Assembly (NCBI GenBank): GCA_000934665.2
Contig: KZ538237.1
Span: 62,001-110,562, forward strand
DNA length: 48,562 bases
Direction of reading: 5' to 3'
From: Catajapyx aquilonaris
Lineage: Eukaryota
Positions 1 to 9,155 of the stretch are shown here, in pieces. The position numbers and the translations under genes were made by a program. The notes under the pieces are model-generated. The model had not been told where the DNA came from, ran no database searches, and saw only the letters and a program-made list of their open reading frames with translations. Within the stretch, counting starts at the first letter, position 1, and every line of letters starts with the position of its first letter.

Positions 1-926
1 AAAGACATTGACGTATGCCATGTATCTCAAAATATTATTGGCACATGTTGATTACGGAGCACGCGGTAGCATCGGCCTGACTCCCCGCACAGATCTGGAC
101 CAAAAGAGGTCACCAATGGCTATTCGACATTTGAATTTAAGGCTTTCGAATTGTCGCGCCACATTGTCTCAAGTGGGGGGTCAGAATTACATCATGTTAG
201 AATCAGCAGAGGGGCCGTAGCTCAGTCGGTAGAGCGCTCGCTTCGCACGCGAGAGGTCCTGGGTTCGATCCCCGGCAGCTCCAAGTTTTCTCTTTTACTA
301 TGCTTTTTTTCTTCTTCTTTAAAACTTGATGACCTCCCAGACCTTCAATTCTACGGCGCACTGGCATCCAGGATTTTTTTAAATATTTGAATGGAAATAA
401 TTGCTCGTCTTTATTGCAAATCGAATTCATCATAAGGGTCAGTCCGTGGCAAATGAGCATCAGACGTTGCTCGACTCTCTATGATTTTGACTTTAAAATC
501 ATGGATGTTTATATATGTGAGTGTATGGCAAAAAAGGAGCATTCAGTGTCAGATTTTTCATGCATACACAAAGCAAGATATGCATAAGTCAAAAATGGAA
601 TTTTCCCGAAAAGATGCATTTCGCGCATATTTTCTTTCTCGCAAAATACACCACACCACAACCCAGTGATGTAATATATCAAATTAATCGGGAAATAATG
701 GAGGTTGTGAATCAGTTACTCAGGCAACTGTAAATTAAGCGCATAATTTTAAATTACATATATTAAGCAAAATAATTTTAAAGCGTACGAAAATAGTAGA
801 CTACTTGCATTTGAACAAGTGAACCCGTATTTAATAATCATTATTACTGGCTTCCACAGTTCCACCTTACCTACCAATAATTCAATGCGATACTGCCTAT
901 TCGAGACAATAAATGTAGAATTTGTC
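1..926 (+). repeat. Left arm of a ~930-bp inverted duplication containing tRNA-Ala (may extend beyond the window start)
   Basis: Colinear with the reverse complement of 7361-8300: AAAGACATTGAC at 1-12 matches GTCAATGTCTTT at 8289-8300, and TATTCGAGACAATAAATGTAGAATTTGTC near 898-926 matches the reverse complement of 7361-7389. Confidence 0.93.
211..283 (+). tRNA. tRNA-Ala(CGC)
   Basis: 73-nt cloverleaf: acceptor GGGGCCG/CAGCTCC+A with the G3:U70 Ala identity pair, D-arm GCTC/GAGC, anticodon stem CTCGC/GCGAG with CGC at 244-246, T-arm CTGGG-TTCGATC-CCCGG. T-runs start at 286 (Pol III terminator). Confidence 0.93.
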
Positions 927-999
927 AAAATTCATCCAAATGGACATTAATTCTGAGCTCTAATCCCTGTCAGGACATATCGGGGTTGTATTTCTCTAC

Positions 1000-1560
1000 A
1001 CATTTACTGTGTGACTGTAGTGTCTCTTCAATTGCGTTTCAGTGGCAATGAATGATTCAATAACTGTACTATACTTTCGTGCTCTTGGAAAAGGGATATG
1101 TTCACATAATAAATCTGTGCACCATGAAAGTCTTTTTGAAACACCATCCAGCACATAGTTGACATCTTCAATGTATTATTCACGACTGTCATGTCACACA
1201 GATTTCTATAAGACTGTCTCACTCGTTTCGCACTGTCTTCTGACCCACGCGCGGACATCCTGCACTTTTATCTTTACAGAGGCAACTTCGTTGTCTGAAG
1301 CTGCTGTACTAGCGGCTAATGCAGATGGCAGATGGGAGATCACTCTGAAATTTATTGGTCGCCGGAATGCCCACTGAACAAAAACAACATACTGTAGAGT
1401 GTGGGTGCAAAGTGTACCCCCCCCCCCCCCCAAAAGGCAGACTTCTGCAAATCGTCCGTATGGAGGAACCTATATAGGTAAGATTGCCGGACATTGTTCC
1501 ACGTGAAAGTGGTGGGTTCGCCAATTACGACACCAAACAATTCCAGTAGGCTACAGTTCT
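1000..1560 (-). mobile_element. Decayed mariner transposase 5' fragment
   Basis: Frameshifted minus-strand pieces resemble the mariner N-terminus: 'RQSYLYRFL', 'STAASDNEVASVKIKVQD', 'NNTLKMS..CAGW/VSKRLS' (similar to the WVPxxL motif). Confidence 0.45.
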
Positions 1561-2068
1561 GAATTCACAATCATTAGCTTTATTCAAACCATGAAACCAT
1601 AACATAACACGTTCTTATGTCTAGGCCGAACAATGCAAGGACTCATAAGTAAAACAAATCACTACAAAATATTATGTAAGGAATGTCATTGGTGTAGTCT
1701 ATTACTAACGAACAACCCTAAAGGCCCCGACCTTCCACAATGCAGTCCAACTTACGCACGTCCGTTTCTCCGCATGAGGAGGTTGCATGTGCAGCTTCCT
1801 CTCTGCTTAGACTCTTCTTCCCTTAGCATTGGTCGCTGTCCTTTGTTATCTCCCTTTATCGGCCTTCGACGTCCTGGGGTACTATATAGATACTTCATTT
1901 GGTTTCAGCTACAACACTGCTGGTATCTTGGTCTTCGGGATAGGAGACAGACTAAGAGAGATACCAGTCTTTCCTCTCTTCTTTTTCCTCTTCGTTTCTC
2001 TCTCCATCTGCCCCACCTTTGAATCTTCTCTAGCCAGATAGCCACAGTTGCTTTGGCTTCTTCCTAAT

Positions 2069-2093
2069 AAACCAAACCAAACCAAACCAAACC
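2069..2093 (+). repeat. (ACCAA)n microsatellite, possibly a retroposon 3' tail
   Basis: TAATAAACCAAACCAAACCAAACCAAACC read directly. Confidence 0.7.
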
Positions 2094-2809
2094 TGGGATC
2101 TTGCCCTGCAGGCTGCAGCAGCTGACTTCTTTTGGATTGCATCTTTGGTTTCCTACCTCAGTGGTGGCACCTCTTTTCCTCTAGCGTCTCGGACATCTGG
2201 GATGTGTTTCCTTCACACATCTAGCTCAGACTTCCAGTATTCGTCTTCACCACATGGTCCACATCCAGCTTCGTGTCAATTCTTGACTGCTGACTGGTAG
2301 TAGCTGACCACTCCTCATTCCCGAGGGAGGAGAGAGGAGGGTCCTACAGCTCCAGAGAGGCTTCATCTTGTGCACTCTTCTGACACTAACTGCAACTGTA
2401 CTGTCCCTCCACTGACCATCACTGACTCGGTGGCGTAGGCTTGACTGGTCAGCGATCGGCTACTCCCCCATGTTCCTAACGTCATTACCTCGTCATTTTC
2501 CATTGTTTTTCGAGCTCCTCACTCACCCACCCGTTGCTTTACAAGGGCATATATGATAGAGTTTTATCGCACTCGATTCTTGTTATGGAGGTTATGTATT
2601 TTAATTATGGGTCTGTTATCCTAATTTTGGCATGTCTCGATCTTCTGTATTTTGGCAATTCCTGCCTTACCAGCATACTTCGTCATTCGTTGGAATGGGT
2701 ACCAATAACATCTTTTAAGATAGACAACATTGAACTACCTGACACGGTTGTCAAAAAGTGGACTGGTTTTTTCAAACGTGCCCGAGACAGTTTGTAAGAT
2801 CTTGCGGCC

Positions 2810-2846
2810 CACAGTGGGGCCCAACCTCAAAAAGGTGGACAAAACC
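2810..2846 (+). repeat. Transib TIR at the transposase 3' side, RSS-like
   Basis: Heptamer CACAGTG (2810-2816), 22-bp spacer, then ACAAAACC (2839-2846). Confidence 0.85.
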
Positions 2847-3236
2847 TCAAAAATGCCTTAGATCTGGAGAAAAGTCAGAATTCCAGGGTTTTCATGATCG
2901 CGGAAATAATTATTCTAAATGTTTCTTTTCACACATTTACTGTTTCCATAGTACTGTACCTACGTAGTCAAATCAAAATATTACACTTACTGAACAGTAG
3001 CCCTACATAATATTTTCATCAATCATCATATTATTAAATACAATGGTTTTAGGACGCAAAAATTAACCAAGTAGCCTACAGTACATTTTCTCACTCCACA
3101 TCACTGTCGTCATCAGAAACATGTCCCAGGTCAACTTCTTTGAGCAGAGCCAGGACCTCCGTACTTAAAGCACCACCCTTTTTTGGTGGGAGCGGCCTCA
3201 ATGAGGAAATGACTGGATCCGAGGATTTAAGAAATA

Positions 3237-3660
3237 CAGGGTGTATCTGAACTCAGTGCCCCGAGGTATATGACTGCCTTCCTAGCCACCAGAGGATCGA
3301 TTTAAGTATAGGAATCATTATGTTTGGCCGCCGCATTACGAAGATACACTCTTTAGTGATTTTTGCCTAATCGCTCCTTCTGACTTTTAAATAGAATTTT
3401 CTGGTGTAACTAGCCAAAGAGGCCTTACCACCTGTGGGCAACAAACCAACAAAGTCCCGCCCCCAGACCTTCCAGAGCCTTCTGACTGGGGGAGGGTTCG
3501 ATGGGTGGCCTAACCGACAGGATATTTTGTACTACATGTTTGCGGCCAATTATCTCCGTAATGCGGCGGCCAAACATAATGACTCCTATACTTAAATCGA
3601 TCCTCTGGTGGCTAGGAAGGCAGTCATGTACGTCGGGGCACTGAGTTCAGATACACCCTG
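3237..3660. mobile_element. Tc1/mariner-type MITE (424 bp) inserted in the Transib transposase
   Basis: 110-bp TIRs (3237-3346 and 3551-3660, 4 mismatches by eye) with CAGGGTG...CACCCTG ends and TA at 3235-3236 and 3661-3662. Removal restores 'EDLLH-IFLKSSDP'. Confidence 0.93.
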
Positions 3661-4180
3661 TATATGCAACAAATCCTCATTGGTTGCTACCCGTGATGTT
3701 TTGCGGCTCCTCTTCTCCCTGAACCTTCTAAAGTCTTTGTTCCTCGCCTCCTGTGCCTCTTCGCTAAGCATTCCAATTGGGAGCAAGGCAGCAGCAATGA
3801 GGGTGGACCCATGTATGAGCACCTTGTGTACTGAGCTGGGCATAGGGTACCACTGGTACTCACAGACGTACATGCGTGCTGTGTCTAATGTATACGTGTT
3901 GAAGGCAGTTGCACCTACAGAAAATCCACGTGAGAGTACCTTCAGAATCGTGGAACACCTTGTACAGTATAAGGTCCTCATTAATTCCAGTGATTTGGGC
4001 AGACAAAGTCGGATTCTCAAAAAAACGGCGGGCTGTATTTCCGTCGTTTGTTGTACCCTTTCCCTGAAGAACGACTCCCGCGAACAAGCCCATTTCAGAC
4101 CTAAACTTATTCTGGATGTCCTTTTCCCTATAGCCTCGATTTGTGCTTTGAACGCCTTAGTTTTTTTGTACCATGACTTA

Positions 4181-4307
4181 GGGCCGGTTTCACCGAGCTC
4201 AGTATATGATAAAACCAGGGTTCTTTCTCAAAATCCCTATCTATTTGTATGGGATTTTCCTAAAGAAACCTGGTTTTATCATATACCAAGCTCGGTGAAA
4301 CCGGCCC
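4181..4307. mobile_element. PIF/Harbinger (Tourist)-like MITE (127 bp) inserted in the Transib transposase
   Basis: Nearly fully palindromic, GGGCCGGTTTCACCGAGCT...AGCTCGGTGAAACCGGCCC, with 3-bp flanks TTA/TCA. Removing it plus 3 bp restores 'HVSFRLESKSWY'. Confidence 0.85.
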
Positions 4308-6021
4308 TCACTCTCAAGTCTGAAAGACACATGAATTAACCATTCAAAAAATCGAATGTAAGTATGGAGAGTAGAAAGCCCATACTCGCTTACAGTTTCA
4401 TTTACCTCTCTGACCAACACCTTGTCAATGTCATTCACTTATTGTTTTGATGTAACACCACACATATTGCAGGCCTGAAATGAAGCAGTGTCAGTGATAG
4501 CATGACAGGTTCTACCGTCTATCATTATCATGCACAAGTTATGCTTCACGCGCAAAGGTGCACAAAAATCCCGATCCTCGATGACAGTTTCCTGAAGGGC
4601 TTCAATCTGCTGATCCATGGCCGCCTTTTCCTTCTTAATGATCTCCGTCGTCTCAGGTGCAAACTCTAACTTAACAGGTCTACAAAACCTGGTTGATGAT
4701 GGCCGTGGGTTTTGCCAGACGATAACATTTGGACCACCATCTCCCGGCAAAGCGTATAGTTGGAGAGGTACAAGGCAAGTCATGAATAAACTACGATCAA
4801 ACATATCTGGATTGTCACTTCGCTGCTTATAGAGCGAATGACCACTGCTGCCATCGCACCCCCATTTTGAAATCAAATTTAAGTTGGTCAGCAAAGCAGG
4901 GGAAATGGTCATTACTACATCATTTTGGAGAGTAACAATACGACTTACAGTCAAGTCCAGTAACGCTTGCAGTGAAATCTCTGCTTTGGTTTCAGTGATC
5001 ACTACAGACTCTTTTGGTGGGTAGCACTCCTCTTTTGCCTGCCTCACCTTTTTGTAGGATGCGTGTATATCTGCACCCCTTGACTTCCCCTCTACCCGGA
5101 GCCTTTAGATATGTCTGTTTCTAACATGAGTGAGAGTCCCTCTTGAGCCGTGTAAGGTACCCTCATTCTGTTGCGCAGAAGTCCAAGCCTCGTTGATCTT
5201 CTTTGCACGCTTTGGTGTACTGAGAAGTCCCTCCTTCACCAGCTTGGCCTCTTCCGGTCTTCCCGCGGCACGCATATACGCAGTTGTGTTGCGTAGGCGA
5301 GGACTTCTGGAGTGGTCTCTTGCAACGACTGGACCTTGCGCCTTTTGGACCTGTCACTGCATGTATCGAAGTCTTTCTCCGGCCTTCCCCCTGACAGGCA
5401 AACAATAATAGGCTACTAACTATCATTGGCTTATCATGCATTGGAATATATTTTAGTTCAAATAAATGAATTTGTCTTCAGTTACCTTTGGATGTGCTGG
5501 CCATTTCATGACCCGCTGGTTTTGGGACCTCAAAGGTGATTTCTTTGTCGAGCCTGTCACCGTTCTTCTTCAAAAATAGATCATCTTTGCGGTAACTTTT
5601 CCTCCCATTTCTGTTTTATCTTAGCATAAAATGCTCTATGTGCTTTCAATTTACATGTGCCCCAATTTGCGTCACTGATAATTATCTCCTAGGGCATCCT
5701 TGTGACTGTCGGCGTGGTCGTACCGTACGTCCCAGTCAGCGGGAGACTTCTCCATCAGCACATTGAAGAGCTGCCGATGCCTTCTTGCCGTTGTGAATGC
5801 CATGGTTGAGTGCAATAGGCTACCTTCTGCACTTTAGGGTCACTCAGAAATCAAACAAAACGCACATCCAGGAAGGCTACTCAAGAACTGGTCACCTGTC
5901 TTTGTGTCCTCACCTTTCTGGGCACCCCCTCCCTTCACATTCTTTCCAGTTCATGACACCTCGTGATCCCGAAAGAATGCGGTCCGGTTTGGCTACTACC
6001 GCCATCTGGCGTTGATGTTGC

Positions 6022-6121
6022 AAAGTCACCCCTAATGTGAATAGCAACCGCTAGATGGTGTGGGACGGCGCGAAATCACCCCTAACGTTAATACCTACCA
6101 ATAGATGGTGGGGAAATGGCG
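6022..6121 (+). repeat. Degenerate ~50-bp tandem duplication in the Transib 5' region with CTCF-like cores
   Basis: TCACCCCTAA...TAGATGGTG occurs twice 50 bp apart; CCGCTAGATGGTG at 6048-6060 and CCAATAGATGGTG at 6098-6110. Confidence 0.65.
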
Positions 6122-6282
6122 AACTCGCACAGGCGCGAACACACAAAACTATCCCGTCGCAGACAACACTCACAGTGAAGCTAATATAAAGCGTGTAAAA
6201 AATATTGGTTCCCATTAGAATGTCCCCCCACCCCACCTCACCCCGTCAGGTGCATAACCAATAACTTTAAAAGAGAAAATGC

Positions 6283-6325
6283 AATAATAATAATAATAAT
6301 CATCATCATCATCATCATCCTCATA
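6283..6325 (+). repeat. Compound (AAT)n(CAT)n microsatellite
   Basis: Read directly. Confidence 0.85.
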
Positions 6326-6414
6326 ATGATAATAAGCATAATCCAACTTCAAATAATCGATGTGCATGTAGATTACATCTATTTCCCGCTTCTCGAGTAC
6401 TATGATTACTCCCC

Positions 6415-6452
6415 CCGTTTGCCAACCATTTTTCGGTTGGGCCCCACGGCTG
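6415..6452 (-). repeat. Transib TIR at the transposase 5' side, terminal heptamer degenerate
   Basis: Reverse complement CAGCCGTG-GGGCCCAACC-GAAAAATGGTTGGCAAACGG aligns with the left TIR CACAGTG-GGGCCCAACC-TCAAAAAGGTGGACAAAACC. Confidence 0.75.
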
Positions 6453-7360
6453 GGGCCCTGAGTTCTCCATCACATCATACCATCAGGCATCAGCGCATTC
6501 TCGCAGGCCTGCAATGGAGGAACTGATCATGGGAGATTGCAGATTGGCAGTCAGGTAGGCTACATTTCTGAGGCTGTGCTGGTTATCTGAACCTTTGCTG
6601 TTAATACTTCATGCATGACAATCTGTGCCAGCAGAAGGAGTCATCTCGTTGGGTCCCCCGAATGTTGGAGCCAGAACAGAATAATGTTCTTCGGGAGATA
6701 TCAGACCGAGTTTGGACCTGATGTACGCCTATAATTATACACAGGATGGTTTACTCGAAATGAAACTATCTTCCCATGTCAATTCCGAGACAGAAGATGA
6801 AACACGGCAGTGGAAATGTCTGGGTATTCCGCCCTCGAAGAAGTTCAGGGTGCTGAACTGAAACCAGCTCATAAGTCAACTACATTATTTTTTTTTGCGA
6901 CACATTGACATTCTCCTACCAGGTTTCTTGGAGAAGTAATTACCACCTTTGAGGAGTATAGGCCCTACTCTGCCTATATTCTGAGAAAGTACAGGAAGTT
7001 ATCAAGAACAATTGACTAGGAAAGAAAAGGTAGCCCTGATGGAATATGGTACCCCTTCTCTACCCAGTTTCCAGTCCTGACCTCTACGTGCATCCTGTGA
7101 AGAAACACCTTCAGTGTTGGCTCCATGGATGTGACCACAGTCTTATAATTCGCAAGCATGGGTTGGTAGCTCAACTCTCTATACTACAGTACTCTACAGT
7201 ACTTTGCCTTTACAATCATGGATGCTTATAGTAAGAGTGAGTCTAATTGTCAAAAATAAGTGTCATATTTTACCTGAAAACTCGAAGCAAGATATGCATA
7301 CAGCAGAATCATACAGCCAGAGAAGGACCGGACCCAAAAGCTGGGACCGAGAACCACAGA

Positions 7361-8300
7361 GATAAATTCTACATTAATTTTCTCGAATAGCCAGTGTCGT
7401 ATTGATATTGATATTAGCATGGTAGGTAAGGTAGAGGCCAGTAATAATGGTCATTAAAATACGGGTTCACGGATCCAAATGTAAGTACTATTTTAATTTT
7501 CGTACCCTTAAAGGGGGGGATTATTTTACTTCATATTGTATTTAATTTAAAAGAATGCGTTTAATTTACAGCCATCTTAGTATAACAGATTCTTAATCTC
7601 CATTATTTCCCGATTAATTTGATATATTACATCACTTGGTTGTGGCGTATTTTGCGAGAAAGAAAATGTGCCAAGCAATGTGACAAGTACATCTTTTCGG
7701 TCAAATGCCATTTTTGACTTATGCATATCTTCGTTTGGGTGTGCAGGATAAATTTGATATGCTCCTTCTTGACATATAAGCCTATATAAGCATCCATGCT
7801 TTTAAAGTCAAAACCATAGAGAGTCAAGCAACGTCTGATGCTTATCACTCGTCACGGATTGACCCCATGATGAATGCAATAATGACGAGTAATTATTTCC
7901 ATGCAACTTTATCCAGAATGTCAGTGCGCCGTATATTTCTGGGAGGTCATGAAGTAGAAAAAAAGAAGTGCTTCAAAAAACATAGTAAAAGAGAGACGAA
8001 AGCAAGAAAAAGTGGAGCTGCCGGGGATCGAACCCGGGACCTCTCGCGTGCGAAGCGATTGCTCTACCACTGAGCTACGGCCCCTCTGATGATTTTAACA
8101 TGATTGTAATTCTGACCCCACTTGAGACAATGTGGCGCGAAAATCGAAAGCATTAAATTCAAATGTCGAATAGCCATTGGTGACCGCTTTTGGTCCAGAT
8201 CTTGTGCAGGGAGTACGGCCGAGGCTACCGCGTGTTCAGTAATCAACATCTGCCCTTGCATGTGCCAGAAATACTTAGAGATAATTATGTCAATGTCTTT
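7361..8300 (-). repeat. Right arm of the inverted duplication containing tRNA-Ala
   Basis: Reverse complement is colinear with 1-926, with substitutions and small indels. Confidence 0.93.
8013..8084 (-). tRNA. tRNA-Ala(CGC), second copy
   Basis: Reverse complement GGGGCCGTAGCTCAGTGGTAGAGCAATCGCTTCGCACGCGAGAGGTCCCGGGTTCGATCCCCGGCAGCTCCA (72 nt), followed by CTTTTT. It has an A27:G43 mismatch at the top of the anticodon stem. Confidence 0.88.
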
Positions 8301-8329
8301 GGTGTTCTTCCTTGCACATGTATAGGTCA

Positions 8330-8690
8330 TTGAGGTTAATGATTTTTATAACAGGAAGGTTGATTTATATCGTCAGCAAGTTAGATTCAGCCAGGTTTAT
8401 TTTTAAAAATTGTAACGGAAATCTGTTGGCGCATGCGTGACACTTCAGTTGGCAACCCTGCTAATAAAATATGGCGGTACCCTTCCGCTTCGACAAGAGA
8501 CATGTGGCCTGGTCCGATCTCCGATGGGTGTCTGGGTGTGACAGGGGCAAAGGTCGAGCTCGACCTCTTGATCGTGGTGACTGAAGAGCAGCCACTGCAA
8601 ATGGGTTCGTGGCGTTGACATGGGGCGTACCTGCTGAATACGCTACCGGTACTGAGGGTATACCTGTCAACTGAGGGGATGCAATGAGTA
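8330..8690 (+). mobile_element. Decayed mariner 5' fragment
   Basis: 'KWVRGVDMGRT' near 8598-8630 resembles mariner HTH 'KWVRxFxxGRT'; upstream 'GLVR...LGVTGA'. Boundaries approximate. Confidence 0.4.
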
Positions 8691-9104
8691 AGTCACAATA
8701 GAATGTCATATTTGGTGTTTGTATTGTGCATGTATACCTTCGTACTGGCAACATGTGCTGGTGGCAGATGAGGCACGAGTTGCTAATGCAATTGGCCAAG
8801 TCATGGTATACAATTGCATCTAGTTGCCAGCCATCATTGCTAGTGGAACCTGAGGACTCAAATAAATTGCTCTAGCCTGAGTTATGCACTTTGTAAGCCG
8901 CTCCTGGATGCTGCTGATGGGGCTCATTGTTCCAGGTGCCAATGGAAGGTGGTCCGGGAGGGTGGGGGCAGACTTCTTCACCAAAATGGGATTTGACTGA
9001 AGAAAAAAAGGAGAAAAATCTCCTCCACCCCCCCCTAGTTCTGGGAGTCGCCGGTAAAATAATTAAATTCCGGCGAGCCATTTGGGCAGAGGCAGAATTA
9101 GAGG

Positions 9105-9155
9105 AGCAGCCAATGGCTTCCAATCAGCGAGGTAATGAAGTGCCACTCAGCACAA
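9105..9155 (+). promoter_or_regulatory. Candidate Pol II promoter
   Basis: Tandem CCAAT boxes at 9110-9114 and 9120-9124, with an Inr-like TCAGCA at 9147, in a CpG-retaining patch just upstream of a CpG-depleted block. Confidence 0.4.

Larger units (their letters stand above)
3091..5803 (-). pseudogene. Transib (RAG1-core-like) DDE transposase pseudogene with one predicted intron (5485-5391)
   Basis: Motifs in order: ACCATGG start at 5803; 'KQKWE..RKDDLFLKKN'; 'GGRPEKDFDTCSDRSKRRK'; 'SYKKVRQAKEECYP'; 'KWGCDGSSG' (first D); 'WQNPRPSSTRFCRP'; 'MIDG' (second D); 'CNMC'; 'YGLSTLH..IRFFE'; 'GTTNDGNTARRFF'; 'WYPMPSSVHKVLIHG'; 'IGMLSEEAQEARNK' (E); 'SSDPVISSLR'; TGA at 3091-3093. Disabled by frameshifts, an in-frame TAA at 4439-4441 and two MITEs. 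Confidence 0.95.
2810..6452 (-). mobile_element. Transib DNA transposon, near full length, inactive
   Basis: Left TIR CACAGTGGGGCCCAACC... at 2810. Right TIR ...GGTTGGGCCCCACGGCTG ending at 6452 (13-nt exact core GTGGGGCCCAACC). 5-bp TSD CGGCC (2805-2809) / GGGCC (6453-6457). Encloses a Transib-type transposase. Confidence 0.9.
2540..7260 (+). mobile_element. Decayed mariner element interrupted by the Transib insertion (mariner parts ~2540-2809 and ~6458-7260)
   Basis: Left part encodes 'TVVKKWTGFFKRARDSL*D' (mariner HTH before the GRP linker). Right part encodes 'HDNLCQQKESSRWVPRML' (TGG at 6650), 'ETRQWKCLGIPPSKKFRV' and 'SSPDL...KKHL' (YSPDL-like). Stops and frameshifts are present; outer ends are approximate. 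Confidence 0.8.

Noticed and set aside
151..460. ORFs overlapping the tRNA (also 7867-8330)
   Set aside because: They are translations across tRNA-Ala and its duplicated flanks; the frames are not preserved between the two arms.
1633..2142. 129-aa and neighbouring ORFs
   Set aside because: Low-complexity pyrimidine-rich sequence ending in an (ACCAA)n tract, with no domain I recognise; possibly a retroposon 3' end but not supportable.
3608..4339. 243-codon plus-strand ORF, the longest in the window
   Set aside because: It is antisense to the Transib transposase, starts at a GTG inside a MITE TIR, runs through the second MITE and has no recognisable motif; most likely a shadow ORF.
2810..6452. 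A ProtoRAG-like RAG1L-RAG2L two-gene transposon or a domesticated RAG1
   Set aside because: Without the MITEs the element is ~3.1 kb and mostly filled by one transposase gene. I see no kelch/PHD RAG2-like frame or RING domain, and the gene has frameshifts and stops.
8581..8601. Hammerhead ribozyme-like CTGAAGA-GCAG/CTGC-AAA
   Set aside because: It lacks the conserved GAAA and stems I and III, and lies within a mariner relic.
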